A stretch of 64,000 nt of DNA from the NCBI RefSeq assembly GCF_964355755.1, contig NC_092670.1, positions 1,292,201 through 1,356,200 on the forward strand, given 5' to 3'. Positions 13,290 to 27,700 of this stretch are shown piece by piece. This stretch comes from Antedon mediterranea (taxonomy: Eukaryota > Animalia > Echinodermata). Numbering within the stretch: the stretch's first letter is position 1; the number at the start of each line of letters is the position of its first letter. The position numbers and the translations under genes were made by a program. The notes under the pieces were generated by a model. It worked only from the letters and a program-made list of their open reading frames with translations, made no database searches and was not told the DNA's origin.

Positions 13290-16200
13290 GCGTCCATCCG
13301 TCCGCGTTCTTTGTGTACGTCCACTCACAGCGATCCGTCCGCTCGCGGTTCCCGCTTTTCATCTTTCTTGTCATGTTGATATTTTCCTTGGTCTATCTTC
13401 TATTCGTCACCGTCAGATGGCATACACTTCTGTCAACAAATTTATAAAAATAAACAGAATGTATTAATGAAATAAAATATAACAAGCAAATTGCAACATC
13501 AGAGTTACCATAATTATTGTAGTGTTTGTATTTCACTATAAACCCGGGTATAAACAATGACCTATGGTCTTTTATACTCTTTGCTACTTACCAAGTATTT
13601 CGTTGGTTAGTATTCTTTCTGGATTCTTGGTGGTCATTCGGAATCAATCAACCCATATGTCATCTGCAAGCAATTTTCGTTGTTGTTTTCATGCGGTAGC
13701 CGTCCATCTGGCAGCCGTCCATCTGGCACAGACGTCCATAACCGATAGTTTCTTTGCCGTCATCCGCTGGTAGCCGTCGGTCCATCCATCTGCTAGTCCT
13801 CATCTGGTATTGTTTCTTTCACAGTCTTCTTTGGTCATCTACTCAATCGAGTCTTCTGAATACGATTCCTCCAGTTTTCTCAGCAGCGATTTCATTATCC
13901 TAGAATATTAATATATAATTCACGACATCACCTTAAACACTTCGGTGTCAATCAAGGAGTTACGAATCCGTAAAAGCAACAAATGCTTAAATATATTATT
14001 ATATATTCCACGTAATTTTAGGTCCAAAATCGAAGCAAAACTAATAAATTGTACTTTACGTCGTGTAAACATTAGCCATTCTACACACAGTCTTGTGATG
14101 CGTCGTTTTTCCAGGTAATATTTCTTGCAATAAGTTATTTGTTTGTGGTGAATAATTTTATTTCTGGTAGCCGTTTTCCTAGTCATTTGCTTTCCGCCTA
14201 TTCTATTATAAATAGAAATGAACAAAATCATTAACATTAACTGCGAAGTATAGATCGGAAAATGTTTAAACTTTATATAGAAAAATAACGATTAAATACC
14301 GTCTCCAGCAGCGTCCACTGAATACTGGCCGTAACCATCCTCCATCATTGAGAGTCTAACTGTAGCGTCATTATGGTTGCCGTCGTCTCCATCGTGTATC
14401 GTCATTTTGGTAGCCTTCTTCCGGCATCGTCTAGCGTTATTGTGCCAGTCTTCCAAGCCGTTTGGAAGTGGGATTATCTTATTGAAACAAAGAAATAATC
14501 ATCCTATTATATCCCGACTAATCGTAGTAGTAGGCCTACAGAAAAGAAAAAAATTGAAACTTACCCAAATGAGCAATCTGGAAGACGTCAATCTCGCGTA
14601 TAACTTTTCCCAGGCTATGAAATAATACAATAAATAATCATTCAAAAAATGTACATAATACAGTAAAATCTGACCATTGAAATGTCCAGCAGTGTCCAAT
14701 GTTAGCGATCCTGTAGCCTTCCATCGTGTAGTGATGTCCAGCAGTGTCCAATGTTAGCGATCCTGTAGCCTTCCATCGTGCGGTTATGTCCATCGTGTCT
14801 TTCCGGTCATCTGGTAGTAGCTCTCCGATCCTATCAAAAATATTTATTAAATAAGTAACTCCTCCTCAAAATAAGTTATACAGGTTGATAGTACAGAAAA
14901 TATGATATTAAAACTTACCAATAAGAAAGCCGGTACGGTAGCCGTTATTCTTGCGTCCAGCAGTGTCCAGATCACATATCTGTACCATAGACTTCCATCG
15001 TCCCAGTCGTCAATTCACGCGGGTATCTTCACCCCCGGTCCTTTGAATAATGAAATAGATAATAATTACAAATGTGAACTAACAGCATAATTAAATTGAA
15101 ATATCTTACCACCAGTTGACTCTGTGTCCACTGATTACGTCGTCTGCATCGCTGGCAGTCTTTAATCTGGAGTCTGTAGTTTCCAATTCATCGTGTAAGT
15201 ATCCTATTAGATAGATGTAACCATTTAGTAAACATCCCTTACACACAATTGCAGTATTGGATCTCTATAGTACGGAAAGATCTTACCAAAAATGAGAAAT
15301 GTTGTAGGCGTCCTCTTTCTGCAGTCATTGATAGCGGTCCGTCTCGTAGGTCCCCGGTTTTTCTCCAGTCGTCGAAAAAGCTGGGCCTGGAATATATATA
15401 GGCGAGCATTTTAAAGGTTACAAATACAGTAGGCCTAAATATTTAAATTAGTATATTAAACTTGATAATAGGCCCACTCACCATAAGCAAGTATCATCAA
15501 ATGGATAACCGTCCCTTCAAAATTCACCACCGACACCCAATTCCCATCTGTTGGTTGTAGTTCCACTATTGGCTGATACTTTCCACCGTAAAGTCTCTGG
15601 AATAATAAAGTAGGGTTGTGTTAATAACGTATAATTGCAGGATTGTAACTGGTTATGAAGTATCACACATAAATGATCACGGGTATAAATGGCGTCAATT
15701 TCTAAAAGATCACGGACCACCAAAATGTACCTTTACCTTTTAATATAATAATTAGGCGAATACAACATTCACTTCACTGGGTGTTTTTTGAATGACTAAG
15801 CTTCTTATTAAATACTGGTTTTAAAAATTCCAAATTTAATGTAATTCATGGCTTCAGTTTTATTTTAAGTTTGTCTTTGAAAGAATTAGTAAAATGAACG
15901 CGCTCTTGCAACCTCGGAACCTGTAAAACAACAGTTAATGATGGATGGAAAACCTTAGCTGGATGAACCCTATTATTAAGAATTATATTAATTTAGATTT
16001 TAGAACTACGGCTATCTAAAAATCTATCCTATATTATGTTAACCCTATTATTAATGTTTATATTATTTAGCTTAGATTTTGTCTAACTACATCTACTTAA
16101 CTACATGGATGATGCATACAAATACGAACTAAAAAATAAAACCGAAGCCAACTATTAACACATTTGATGATACCTGTATATATTTAGAAGCTTAGCCATT

Positions 16201-17575
16201 AAATGGGGGAGGGAGGGGTTCCACGTTGTCTAGACTTTAATGAACAGCATAATATTTTAGTACACAGATACCAACAGAGGCCTATACAGTTCAGTCTATA
16301 CTTATCTTTGCTTTGTCAAATAACATGACCTTTTTTGCGTCAGATGTTTTCAATCTACAAAACAAAAGCCAACATATTTAGTATATAAATTCAAGTTATA
16401 GTAAGAGGTAGGTAAAGGTAAAGAGAGAAAAAAACAACATCTTACCATTGGTTGTTGATTCCGCTTGAGTAATTTCCAGATTGATCATAAAATCAAACGA
16501 TAGGCCTACTAGTGATGACACGCTCAACAGAACATCCATTCGTAGATTGAAGATGATGACGAAACCGCAGTGGTTCACGTCCACAGACCGCATCCTTGAC
16601 GGCATTTGTATATATGACCCAGCCCATTGGGAAAGGCTTTGTGCATAGAACCATGGGTATAACCAGCGTATATCAGGAATGTCAAATTGCACAAAGTGGT
16701 TGCATCATACACATTACTAAACTATAATTATATACGATAATGACATGCTTAAAATCGAATATTTATGGTTGTATGATTGGTAGCGACTTTAAACTTAATA
16801 CTCAATATGTAAACAAATATTAGTTTGGAAAGAAAGTTAATGCTTATATAACATACATTTAGAATCGCTTAATACAACATTACAACTAATTATGATCTAT
16901 CTAGATAAACATTCCCTCAAAGCATTTTGTGCATGATACAACGAAATATGTAAATCTGTAAAAAACAGTTAACGTCAAATTTGTTAGTATTTTTGAACCA
17001 TAAATAAATACACGATCTATATTTATTGTCTGGTTCTATGTTAGTTCTTACTATGTTTAATGATTTGTCCGAATATAAATCCAAGTGCAAGCAAAGATAA
17101 AATCCAAAGAAAAACGGATGACAAATAGTAAATCCAAAGAAAAACGTAAATCCAAAAGAAAACAATTCAATTACAATTGAGACTGCAGTAGGCATTAATT
17201 TTTATTACTTTATTTAAATTTTGTTTTCATTTTTATTAAATTTTAATATTGCCCGAATTCACCCCCAATCAGCAGACGCCTGAAAAATGTAAAAAATGAG
17301 AATTAAAATTCTGTTGTGGAACTCGCCAAAGTAAAGCCTCGGTTTCAGCAAAACCTCACACAGGCCGCTATATCAACCATTTATAGTCCGTTGGTATCCA
17401 CCTTAAGCTACACCATCATTATTTATAGTTAGCAATGTTAAACCCACTATTAGATAATTGGTTATATTCTTTCTTCACTTACCTACTGCAGAACTCAGTC
17501 ATCTGTTCCCAGAGCCTACTTCCATCAGCTAGTAAGACCAACACACAACACCGCGAACTTGTTCAAAATGAATTT
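13290..17575 (-). ncRNA. Multi-exon spliced locus without a continuous ORF (lncRNA-like or decayed gene)
   Basis: GC-richer blocks bounded by minus-strand AG/GT sites at ~17483-17570, 17263-17279, ~16446-16540, 15482-15596, 15288-15386, 15110-15203, 14919-15040, 14675-14830, 14565-14614, 14300-14477, ~14060-14202, 13592-13899 and ~13300-13429. The joined frames hit stops. ETS, CCAAT and E-box motifs lie at 17575-17670. Confidence 0.5.
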
Positions 17576-19517
17576 CACCGGAAATGGTATGTATTTTATT
17601 TATACGCGCTATGGTATTGGACAATTTGATTGGTTAACAGTTAAAATATGCACATAATTAAGTACACGTGTATGTACTCGCATTCTTTCTCGTTGCTGCC
17701 GTTGAACATTGTACTATAAACACAACATGGCAAATGTAAAGAAAATAATGTCAAAACAAGATATTCTCTATTATTCTGTAGAAAAATTGTTGGTCAGATA
17801 CTTTGTTAAATGTTAAAAACTGAGTTCTTCAAATGGATGCTTTAATAATCAGGCCCACATACTGCCTTCGATTGCTGGTTATTTTGTAAAGATACTTTAT
17901 AACATATTTAAAACAATATTAAATAAAAAGTTGTAAAAACGTTCTGTATTACGTCAAATGAACAATATAAGCATGGACCAAATACAATTAACGGAAAAGA
18001 AAAGACGTCCCTCTTCCTCGTCGGCAGAATTTGAATATAGTATAAAGGGCTTTTTTTTTTAATGACGGCAGCCTTCAGTAGTAATAGGTAGTAGTAGGAG
18101 TAATGCCTACGTTATTTTTTAACAGGGAGACATTCATATCAGCCATTTTGTAAGAATTCAAATTCTGTCATTCTCTCATCCTCCAAGTCATTCTCTCATT
18201 CTCCAAGTAATTCACAATTACTGAAAAAACAGATGACATGGCATAAATGTTTATACAAAAATGTTACTTTATTACGAAAGGCTACATTTTACAAAACCAA
18301 TAAATGTGTAGGTCAAAAAGGTCATTTGTATCTAAAGATAAAAAATTGAATGAAACTGTAATGTACATTGTATAACCATAGGAACATAAACATCTCATGC
18401 AGCAAAGAATTTTTTTCTCTTCAATACGCGCCATGTGAAAAGTAGAATTGATTCTGCGCACGCTCAGAAACATACTAGCATGTGCACTGACTGTTAGACT
18501 CAGTACTGCGCAGTCACATGATGTGTCAAGAAAACTAAAGTTTCGTATCTTCTTGCATAAAAATACGGGAAAAATACTGAAGAAAACGGGAGAATGAACA
18601 ACACAGCAATGCATCATTTATAATAATAGAACTATGCGGTACTTAGAACAAGATAAAACAGTTACAATTTGACTTCCTATTTATAAAAATATTTTACCTG
18701 AAAAACAATCAATTTATTATCAACCATCTAGAAATATTTCAGTTATCAAAATCAATTAGGCCTAATGTTATTACTGTGTCACAATTGCAGCATGGGCTTG
18801 AAAACTAATCAATTTAAGAAAAAACACCATATTTCTTGGCAAACATGTTTAGGCCAAACGAAATGATTCTAAATTTGAATTCCGATAACATTACTTTCAA
18901 CAAATTAATAATAACTGAATAAAAATCAAGATCTGTAGAAAAACCAGACACATGACTTAAGTAAGACATTCAAATGTATGAAAATAAAAATGGGAAACTG
19001 GAAGACAATTACATATTTCCAGTTAGGCCTACATAATGTCCTGGGGACTCTCCAGATTTTGAAATGAATGAGTTTCAAAAGGAGTTGTTTTACATCACTG
19101 TTTTCATTATATTTAAATACAAACTATTTTAAAAGGCAACTAGGACTATGAAATGTTATTAATAATTACATTTCTATTTCAAAGGTTTTACTGCCATTCG
19201 AAAAAAGTTGGAATGTCTATCATGTAACATTATTTACAATAATATCGTGTTTTGTAAAAATTTATCAAACTTTTTATCGAGTATTTTGCAAGGTGATGTA
19301 GTTTCATATTTTGTTATCAATGCATATGCCTATACAGTATACAACAACTTGCGCTAACTTGCGCTAATTTGCCCTATTCATAAGCGACAGTTTCAAAATC
19401 CTGAATGATGTGATGCTTATCAATATGCAAACTTTTAACGAATAACCAGCCTCCCGTTTTATATCCATATAATATTATTACATGAGTTAACAATGTAAGA
19501 TTTATGTCCATAAATGT

Positions 19518-19988
19518 TTAAAGCATGTCGTTGCCAATTCCGCCACCAAAGCCGCCACCGCCGCCTCTGTTAGGTAAGTAGTCCTCTTCGTTCGGGTTCC
19601 GACCACGATACACGGCGACGCATAAATAGACGGAAAACAGAATCATAAGCAATGCGGAAATCAACATCGTAATTCCAATAGCTCGGTACGCGTCGTCTTC
19701 AAACTTGCTGTCCAGAACGTCATTTCCGTAGCGGTACTGATCTACGTACGTTCCGCCGCTTTCTTCTTGAACTTTACGACGCCAGAAACTTTCCGTCGAA
19801 CCCAGAGCCAACAAGACGATACCGGCGATTATGAAGATGACAGCGATGACGACGAGGACAACGGAGGTAGCCGTCATGGTCTCCTCTGAGCAGCATTCTG
19901 TGCGATCTCTGGTTTGACCCTTTTCCATTGGATCGTAGAAATTACCGTAACGGTGTATACCTCCGGGTCCGTGCTTCTTTCCTCCCAT
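19518..19988 (-). CDS. Uncharacterised 156-aa protein with two transmembrane segments (neurensin/TMEM74-like topology)
   Basis: Intact GC-rich ORF with aaaATGg context and an acceptor at ~19997; probable non-coding first exon ~23862-23960. Hydrophobic runs are VVLVVIAVIFIIAGIVLLALG and AIGITMLISALLMILFSVYLCVAV. The family label is tentative. Confidence 0.8.
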   Translation of the reverse strand: MGGKKHGPGGIHRYGNFYDPMEKGQTRDRTECCSEETMTATSVVLVVIAVIFIIAGIVLLALGSTESFWRRKVQEESGGTYVDQYRYGNDVLDSKFEDDAYRAIGITMLISALLMILFSVYLCVAVYRGRNPNEEDYLPNRGGGGGFGGGIGNDML

Positions 19989-20419
19989 TTTGAAGATCTA
20001 AAAAAATACAACATAACATTGTAATTACCAAAACACGTGTGACGTGACGTGTTACATTGTACTGATCGTATTCAGATATTTATGTAATGAAATAAAAGTG
20101 GTGGTTATAACACCAGTTCACTATTTTTGTGGCGTAACGTCACAAAAGAGAAACAAGAATTTGATTCAAAAGACGGTTAATGAACAACTTGTACACAAGA
20201 CAATCGAGTCGCCTGATGCTAATACCCATGTTTTTAATAAAATTGAATCCATAATTTTGTTTACGATAGTCGGGAGAGAGTTGCACTGTTTGATTTCTAA
20301 AGAGATCGCGGTAACGGTGTTTTGTTTGAAAGTCATAGAATGCGAATAAAAATGGCTTATGTCGTCAGGTGTATAATGTAATTGTTTGCGTCCCAGACTT
20401 ACTAATACAGGCACATTTT

Positions 20420-20900
20420 AGAGGGCATATCTTTCATTTATATCGACTCGAATACCCTATCGTGGCAAACTCTTGAAGAGAAACGAGTTTCTCCCTAGCA
20501 TGTCTAATGTATAAATGTGTTTACGGCCTTGCACCAATTAGATTAGTAAATGAAATTGAATTGATTCGCGATATTCACACCCACTTAACACGTGGAGTAG
20601 AAAATTTGAATGTTACAATACCTAAATACACCCTTAGTAAAATGAATTCGTCCTTTAAAGTTGCAGGCGCAAAAATATGGAACAATTTACCAATTAATAT
20701 TAAATCGGCACCAACAATTACGTCCTTTAAGGCTAGATACAAATCTCATTTCTTTTCATAAAAAAACTGACATGTATTATATTTAATTAAGTTTCTCTTT
20801 TGTATATTTTGATTAAGACAGGACCACAATGTAAAACAGATACACTGTTATCTGATTGTTTTATCCTGTATAAATATATTATTTATTATTATTATTATTA
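20420..20900 (+). mobile_element. 5'-truncated LINE 3' end (L2/CR1 group)
   Basis: MYKCVYGLAP...TRG...SFKVAGAKIWNNLP...SFKARYK is a typical ORF2 C-terminus, followed by a 3' UTR and a (tta)n tail. Confidence 0.8.
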
Positions 20901-23900
20901 TAAAGGTGGTACAATTTCAATAAATCTAATTATATAAATGTCTTTTGTATTTTATCGCATTACATTGTGCTGTCCACAAAGCAGATGCTTTCTTTTTACC
21001 GATTTCATAATAATAATGACATGCGAATCTTTGATCGATTATTTCAAAATGGTTGCTTGTACAAACAAGATCACCATACCGCTGTACGAATAGAAAAACA
21101 AACATTTCTATTGTACTGAATAATCAACACGTCTTTTATTCAATTATATTGGTGGTTGGCCGGGTTGTAAAATTAATTTAAATGTCTGCAAAATAACCCC
21201 CCCCCCCCCCCCCCCACCCCAAAAAAAATAAATTAATTAATAAAAAGAAAAAAAAATACCAAAGATGTTCCTCCTTGACATAGTCATGCAGGGATGATCG
21301 GAAGCTCAATGATCAGTACGTATATATACCTGTATCTATACGAATACAGTACACGTATTATTGTCAGTTGGGAAGTTGTGGTTTAATTGATGACGTATTT
21401 GGGTTTCCATGGCAAAAAGACATAATTGTATGTTATGTATCGTGAATTTTTAAAACGTTACTTTACGACTTCGTGCTCCTGTACAACCATCTTAATCAGT
21501 ATAGAGAGATATTAATTAATGATTTGCCTTCATTGATTGATATCCATCCTCTCTCAATGCATCATAGTTTTCAAAGAAATAAAATAACGTTTCAGAAATC
21601 TATTTGCTGGACTGTGACACGGGCTTTTAAACATATTCAATATTAAGTATGGCTCTATATTTAAAATATGACGGTTTTATTGAACAATTACGACATTCCT
21701 TAGTGTTTATATTGCACGGTTCAAGATCAAAGAGTTGCTTTGTTGTACTCTACTTGTATTCCTTTGAATGGCTCACTACACAAAAGATACGAGAGTCATG
21801 CTGAAATTCACTAAGGGTAATGAAAGGACAGTAACAATCAAACGTATGATTCTGCGGTTTACATACATTGGACGAAAACACGGTTATAGGAAGACAAAGT
21901 CTGTAGATTCACGTCGTAATCTAAATATCTGAATTTTACAGTGAAAACATAGAAGTTGATTTCAGTAAAACTTCTCTATGGTTCATGCTTTGGTTAAACT
22001 TTGTAATGTGTGTGTGAATTATTTTATTTTTCATATTATGTGCTGCCACTTTGGTATAAACCTTTTGGGCGAGTAGACGTTATTAAGACAGCTTTATTTC
22101 AGAGATTATCTCAAAATTGTAATACAGTACTTTGAATGATTATGATATTGATACATTTTTAATAGTTTATCAATTTTCAGGTCTAAGATTGTAGAAGGTT
22201 GTTTTAGTGTTTAGTGGAGGTTTTTCTGTTTGGTTTTTTTTTTACCTCTGTTGGTTTTAATTTGAATAAATTAAAGACAGTAGTGGGTATATGTAAGCCT
22301 GTTTCACACCATCTATTAAATTCCTCATTAAAAGCATTCATGTATCAATTACATTTTTTAAAGGGACATTTTTGTATAGTTTTTAATTATCTTTTAAAAA
22401 GTGATATAATTGAACATCTTGGTACGTGTACCATGTCTAAAAGGGTTGATCCATAGACATAAATACTGTATTATTACTTATTATTATAGCTAGATTAAGA
22501 AGACATTATTGTTGAAATAGAAGACCAACATTAATACGTTTACAGACCTACTGTACTGTACAAGTTTAGAGTCAAACGTGGCAGCAGTAGTGACGTCTTT
22601 CTATACAAACAACATACATTCATTAATAATTCACTCAATAAATATTAATACTACTGTATAGCATTATAATTAATTTTCATCAAATATGTCGAATATGAAT
22701 TATATTGTCTGTGATGTGAATTGTTAACCAGCTATATTATAGCAAAATATAAAATACCACGTTTCAATAAAAAAAAAAAACAAAACCCAGCGCCTTATAG
22801 TGAGTTGTCGAGAATAAATTGAAGACTTTGCCATTACTGTACATATTTTGATTACAAACAAAATGACATTATTAGTGTTTTTAGATTTTAACAAAAAAAA
22901 ACAGATTAACGAGATTCATACTAATATGTTAAAACCACATACCACCAAACTGAACCATATTGGTGTGGATCAAATGTCATGAAGGCTACCTGTAAATTTC
23001 ATTCTTCCCTGGTCAAACCTACAATTTGGTGGGAGGAAATATTTCCTCCATGCACTATAAACATAAGACTTCTTCTATTGTTTGTTCCAATATCTTTTCG
23101 TTTTTTAATTATGTACTTTTTTTCGTTTGACTGAATTTATAATTCCGCAATAAGTAAATAATTATTCAAGTATAATTTCTACAATTTTGGTAGCATATTT
23201 AGTATAATCTGTAAAATATATGTTTACCAAAGGTTCCGTTTTCATATCCCTGACCCGCCAACCTTGGTGACACAGCACAGGTAATAAAATATCACACTGA
23301 ATAAATAGGTGAAAGTTGGCTGCTGTAAACGCAACAGCCGAAAACGTTCGTTAATATTCCCAGAGTATTGTGTGAGATACAGCAAACACCGATATAAACG
23401 CGGACTTTTTTAATCCGCATATTGTCTGCTTCTCCTACCTGTATAAATCATCTGTAATAGGCTTACAATGGTTTGTATACAGTCTAACATTATAGCTAAT
23501 CAGCATCGTGTTGTGACCAAACTGACAACAACGGATCTACTAGACTTCATACGCCTAATACGGATATGATGGAATGTGTATGTCTTTTGCATTTAAATAT
23601 CACAAATCTATTTACCTTGAATAATAATATGTCTTTACGATTATAAAAAGAAACTCGCTCGCACCCGTACTGGTAATTATGCCTAGGTAAAACAAATCTA
23701 CTACTAATTGCAGCGCCATTTAATTGAAAGGTATAAGTATGTTATTTTGTTGGAGTGTCACCCCTGTGAACGGAATTCGGTTTCACACAGAGTGAGCAAC
23801 CGATGCACACCTAAGTTTAGTTTCCAGTTAAGCCATCAACAAGAACACGACAAAAACTTACCTTCTATCAGATATATTTTACAAAATATAACGATGTCTA

Positions 23901-24714
23901 AATCAACAAGTCCAGCAGAGTTCTTAAAGGAAACAATATAGATACGAGAATTAATAAATCGAAAAAGATCGCTCCTGTATGATGACTCAGAAATGGTGGA
24001 ACCAACTCAATTGTTCCAAATCATTAATATTCAAAGCCAGATCGTATAGAATTTCTTTACGATTGAATTGGAATAGTTCATTTTAAAATGGGGTAGTTTT
24101 GTGTAGGAAGTGTAATTTGCATGAAGGAATATTTACTCTCATGGAATAATACAATTATTAACACTTTTAATGTTGAAAATATATATATATAAAAAAACAA
24201 AGAACAAAACTTAGATACGAAGAAAAAACACGAAATGGTCTACGTTACACCATGTAAAGGTTACACACAACTTAATATGTTTTGTCATGCAGTGCGGAGG
24301 TAAACAATATTCTACTCACTTGCCTATTCATTTTCAATTACAGCATTTAATTTTTTTCCATCCTAATTTCTAAAAATCTTGAGTTATACTTTAATCAATT
24401 GGCCGAATAGAACTAGGCATATTGAATAAATCTTTGCTCTGTTGTTAGTTTCTCGCTGCATTTTGACAAGTTTCAATGACACCGCTCAATTTGAGCGCTT
24501 TTGATCTTCCAATTTTAATGGTGATGGTAACATTGGTAGGGTTCTCTTTTAATATCAATTATTAGCTACAGTCGTCCTATAGTTTCGGTTTTAGTTCAAT
24601 GTTTTAGTTCATTTTTTTTCAACGGTTTAGTACACACATTTTACACATACATAAAGCACGCCATCTATAATTTAAAAAAAAGTGTTGAACTTTGACATTG
24701 ATCTCGGGATCAAC

Positions 24715-27700
24715 ATGGCAGGTTTCACCGAAGACGGGGAAACATTGGAAACATTATTAAGTTAGTACATTATTTAATGATTATTTTTAATATAAGCATA
24801 AAGCAATACGCTATTAAAATATTAAATTTAATGAAGGTGTACTTCATATTTCACAATCACTCTTAAATATTAAGTTAGAGGACTTTATTTCATGCTAGGC
24901 TAGGCCTACGTCGGAATGAAGGACGGCGGTAACGCCCGACGTTGCAGACGAATCGACTTTTTTGGTTCTCTGTATTTCCACTAGCTAGGCCTAGGCCCTA
25001 TTCTTGCTCGTAAACATGTTCAAACGTCATCAAAGAACATACTCTGTTAAACTATAATCACATTCAGTGACGTATAGTAATTAAATGTGTATGCATGTTT
25101 AGGTATTTATTTTTAATGTTCAATCAAATCATTCCAATTATGGAGAAGAAGAAAGACGACACAGAGGGGACATGATTCAAACATATAATTTTCTTTCTAA
25201 CAAAGAGGCTATTGATAGTGATTTACTTTTTCAAAAGTCTGAATATACCGCCACTAGGGGTCATAAACATAAATTGAAAAAGAATAATGCTCGATTAAAT
25301 TGCCGTAGTCATTTTTTTACCCAACGAGTCGTAAATTCATGGAATGCTCTCCCTGCCAGTACAGTAGAAGTTGACACAACCATACTATTTAAAAGAAAAT
25401 TTCAGAAGACGAGGGGGGCTAATAGAGGGCCACGACCGGCCCACCAGCCTCTTGCACCACTCATTTAGAGTGGTGTACGGTGAGTTAGAATTGGTAAACT
25501 TACTGACAAAGATTTGAACATTTTGCAGATAAAGCAACGAATCCAACAAATAGAGAAGATGATTGGGAGTACATTATGGCTTTCTGTGATCGAGTTAACA
25601 AAGAACTTGAAGGGTAAGTTTTCACCTTATATTGAATATTATTTCAACGTTAAGAAGGGCTTTTAAGTAGACGAAAGTGTACGGGAAACAAGTAATCATC
25701 TTTTACTGAAGTTACTGCAGTATTATATCGGCATAACCATTCATTAATATTTATTATAAACAAAAGGTACACTTAAACAATTGCATTTTTCTTCTCTAGG
25801 CCTCAAATTGCAGCTCAGCTTCTTAGTCACAAGATTCAATCACCACAGGAGAGAGAATCACTGCAAGCTCTACAAACCACAGAAACTTGTGTAAAGAACT
25901 GTGGAGAATACTTTCATCGTGAGATTGGGAAATTCCGATTTCTAAATGAACTTATAAGACTTATATCACCAAAAGTAGGCCATGTTTTCTAAATCATTAT
26001 TTTATATAGTTATACACATAAAATAAATAGATATTTTAAATAAATGCCACAGTCAAATAAACACTAATTTTGTTGAAATTAAATAACATAACATGTTTCT
26101 TTGTGGACAGTATCTAGGCAACAAAACCAAGGAATCTGTAAAGAAGAGAATCATAGAGTTAATATATTCCTGGTCACGTGGTATTCCTGAACAGACAAAG
26201 ATAAAGGAGGCTTATGATATGTTAAAGAAGCAGGGATTAGTGAAAGAAGATCCAACATATATGGATAACATACCCTTGGAGATAGCGCCACCAAGGGCTA
26301 AGCAAGCAGTGTTTGAAGATGAAGATAAATCAAAGGTTAGAAAGGAATTAGGTTCAGATTATCTAATGCAGTTACTGCAGTAATGTTTCTTCAGATTTAC
26401 TGTATTCATGTAGATTCTACAATATAATGTTTTACTATTTATTCAACTTAAAATTCACTATTCAATAAAATACAGAAAAGACAAAACTCATATTAGTGGA
26501 GGATGGGACAATGAAACAGATATAATAATAATCAATTCAATTCAATTCAAAGCAACATTTATTTTCTCCTTTCATATACAAAATAGATTTCAATGAACAA
26601 TATATATGTAAACAAAATTTCGAAAGAAGAAGGTACACGCCCAGAAAGATGAAAAACACATCTTGTGGAGGACGTACCTATTACAGACACAGACAATGGA
26701 AATTAAAAAAATAAATAAATAATAAATTTAAAAAAAATTGACCGAGGAAAAGTTAATATTTGGAAATAAGGTGACTTTTAAGTTTAGATAAAAATGATTT
26801 GCTAGAAACAGAGTTTAAGATGGGAGTGTCAGATCGTTCCAAAAAGTGGGTCCGGAATACCTAATGTTGTGTTGAAAGTGGTTGGTTTTATTGGGTTGGA
26901 ATATGTAATTTTGAACAAATACGAGTATGATGATAATGAATTGAAGAATTTGGAGTGAACATGGAGCAGAGAGGTTTGGGAAGGTTAGAATTAATAGAAG
27001 AAAAGATGACGAGCCTTGTTGGGTTAGATTGATATCAGAGACTTTGAGAAGATGAAGCTTTGAAAAAAGATGAGATGAATGAGACAGGGGTGGGGCGCCA
27101 GATATAACCCTGATGGCCTTTTTTTGAAGAGTTTGAAGTTTTTTAATACTTGAAGGATAAGAGTTGCACCAGACAATATTGCAATAGTTAAGATAAGGCA
27201 GGATGAGGGAGCAGTAAAGAATACGAAGAATGTTAGAGGGTAAAAAAGAAGAAAGTCTAGTGATGATGCCAAGACTTTTGGAAATTTTATTCTCAACAAA
27301 ATTGATGTGATTTTTCCATGAAAGTCGACTGTCTAGATGAACTCCTAAAAATGTAGCAGGTTGGACTGAGGGAATATCATGATTGTTAATAGAAATGTTA
27401 TAGTTTGCAGTATCAATGTTTTTAATTTTCTGAGGGGTCCCAAACAGGATGAAGTTACATTTGTTGTGCTTAAGAGAAAGTTTGTTAGCTGAAAAGTATT
27501 GAGACATGAGGGTCAGATTGGTATTAACAGTATTAAATAGCATGGTGTTTAAAAAGAAAAAGTCACATTACAAAATACAAATTTAATATGTTTACTGGTT
27601 TATAGCTTTTAGCACGTCTTCTAAAAAGCAAACATCCCGAGGATTTGCAAGCTGCTAACCGACTGATCAAAAACATGGTAAAAGATCACGAAAAGTCTGT

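Noticed and set aside
17728-18050. ATG in good context (caacATGg) divergent from the non-coding locus
   Set aside because: It stops after about 29 codons, with no convincing splice continuation or homology.
21198-21260. Poly-C / poly-A run
   Set aside because: Simple homopolymer with no further structure.
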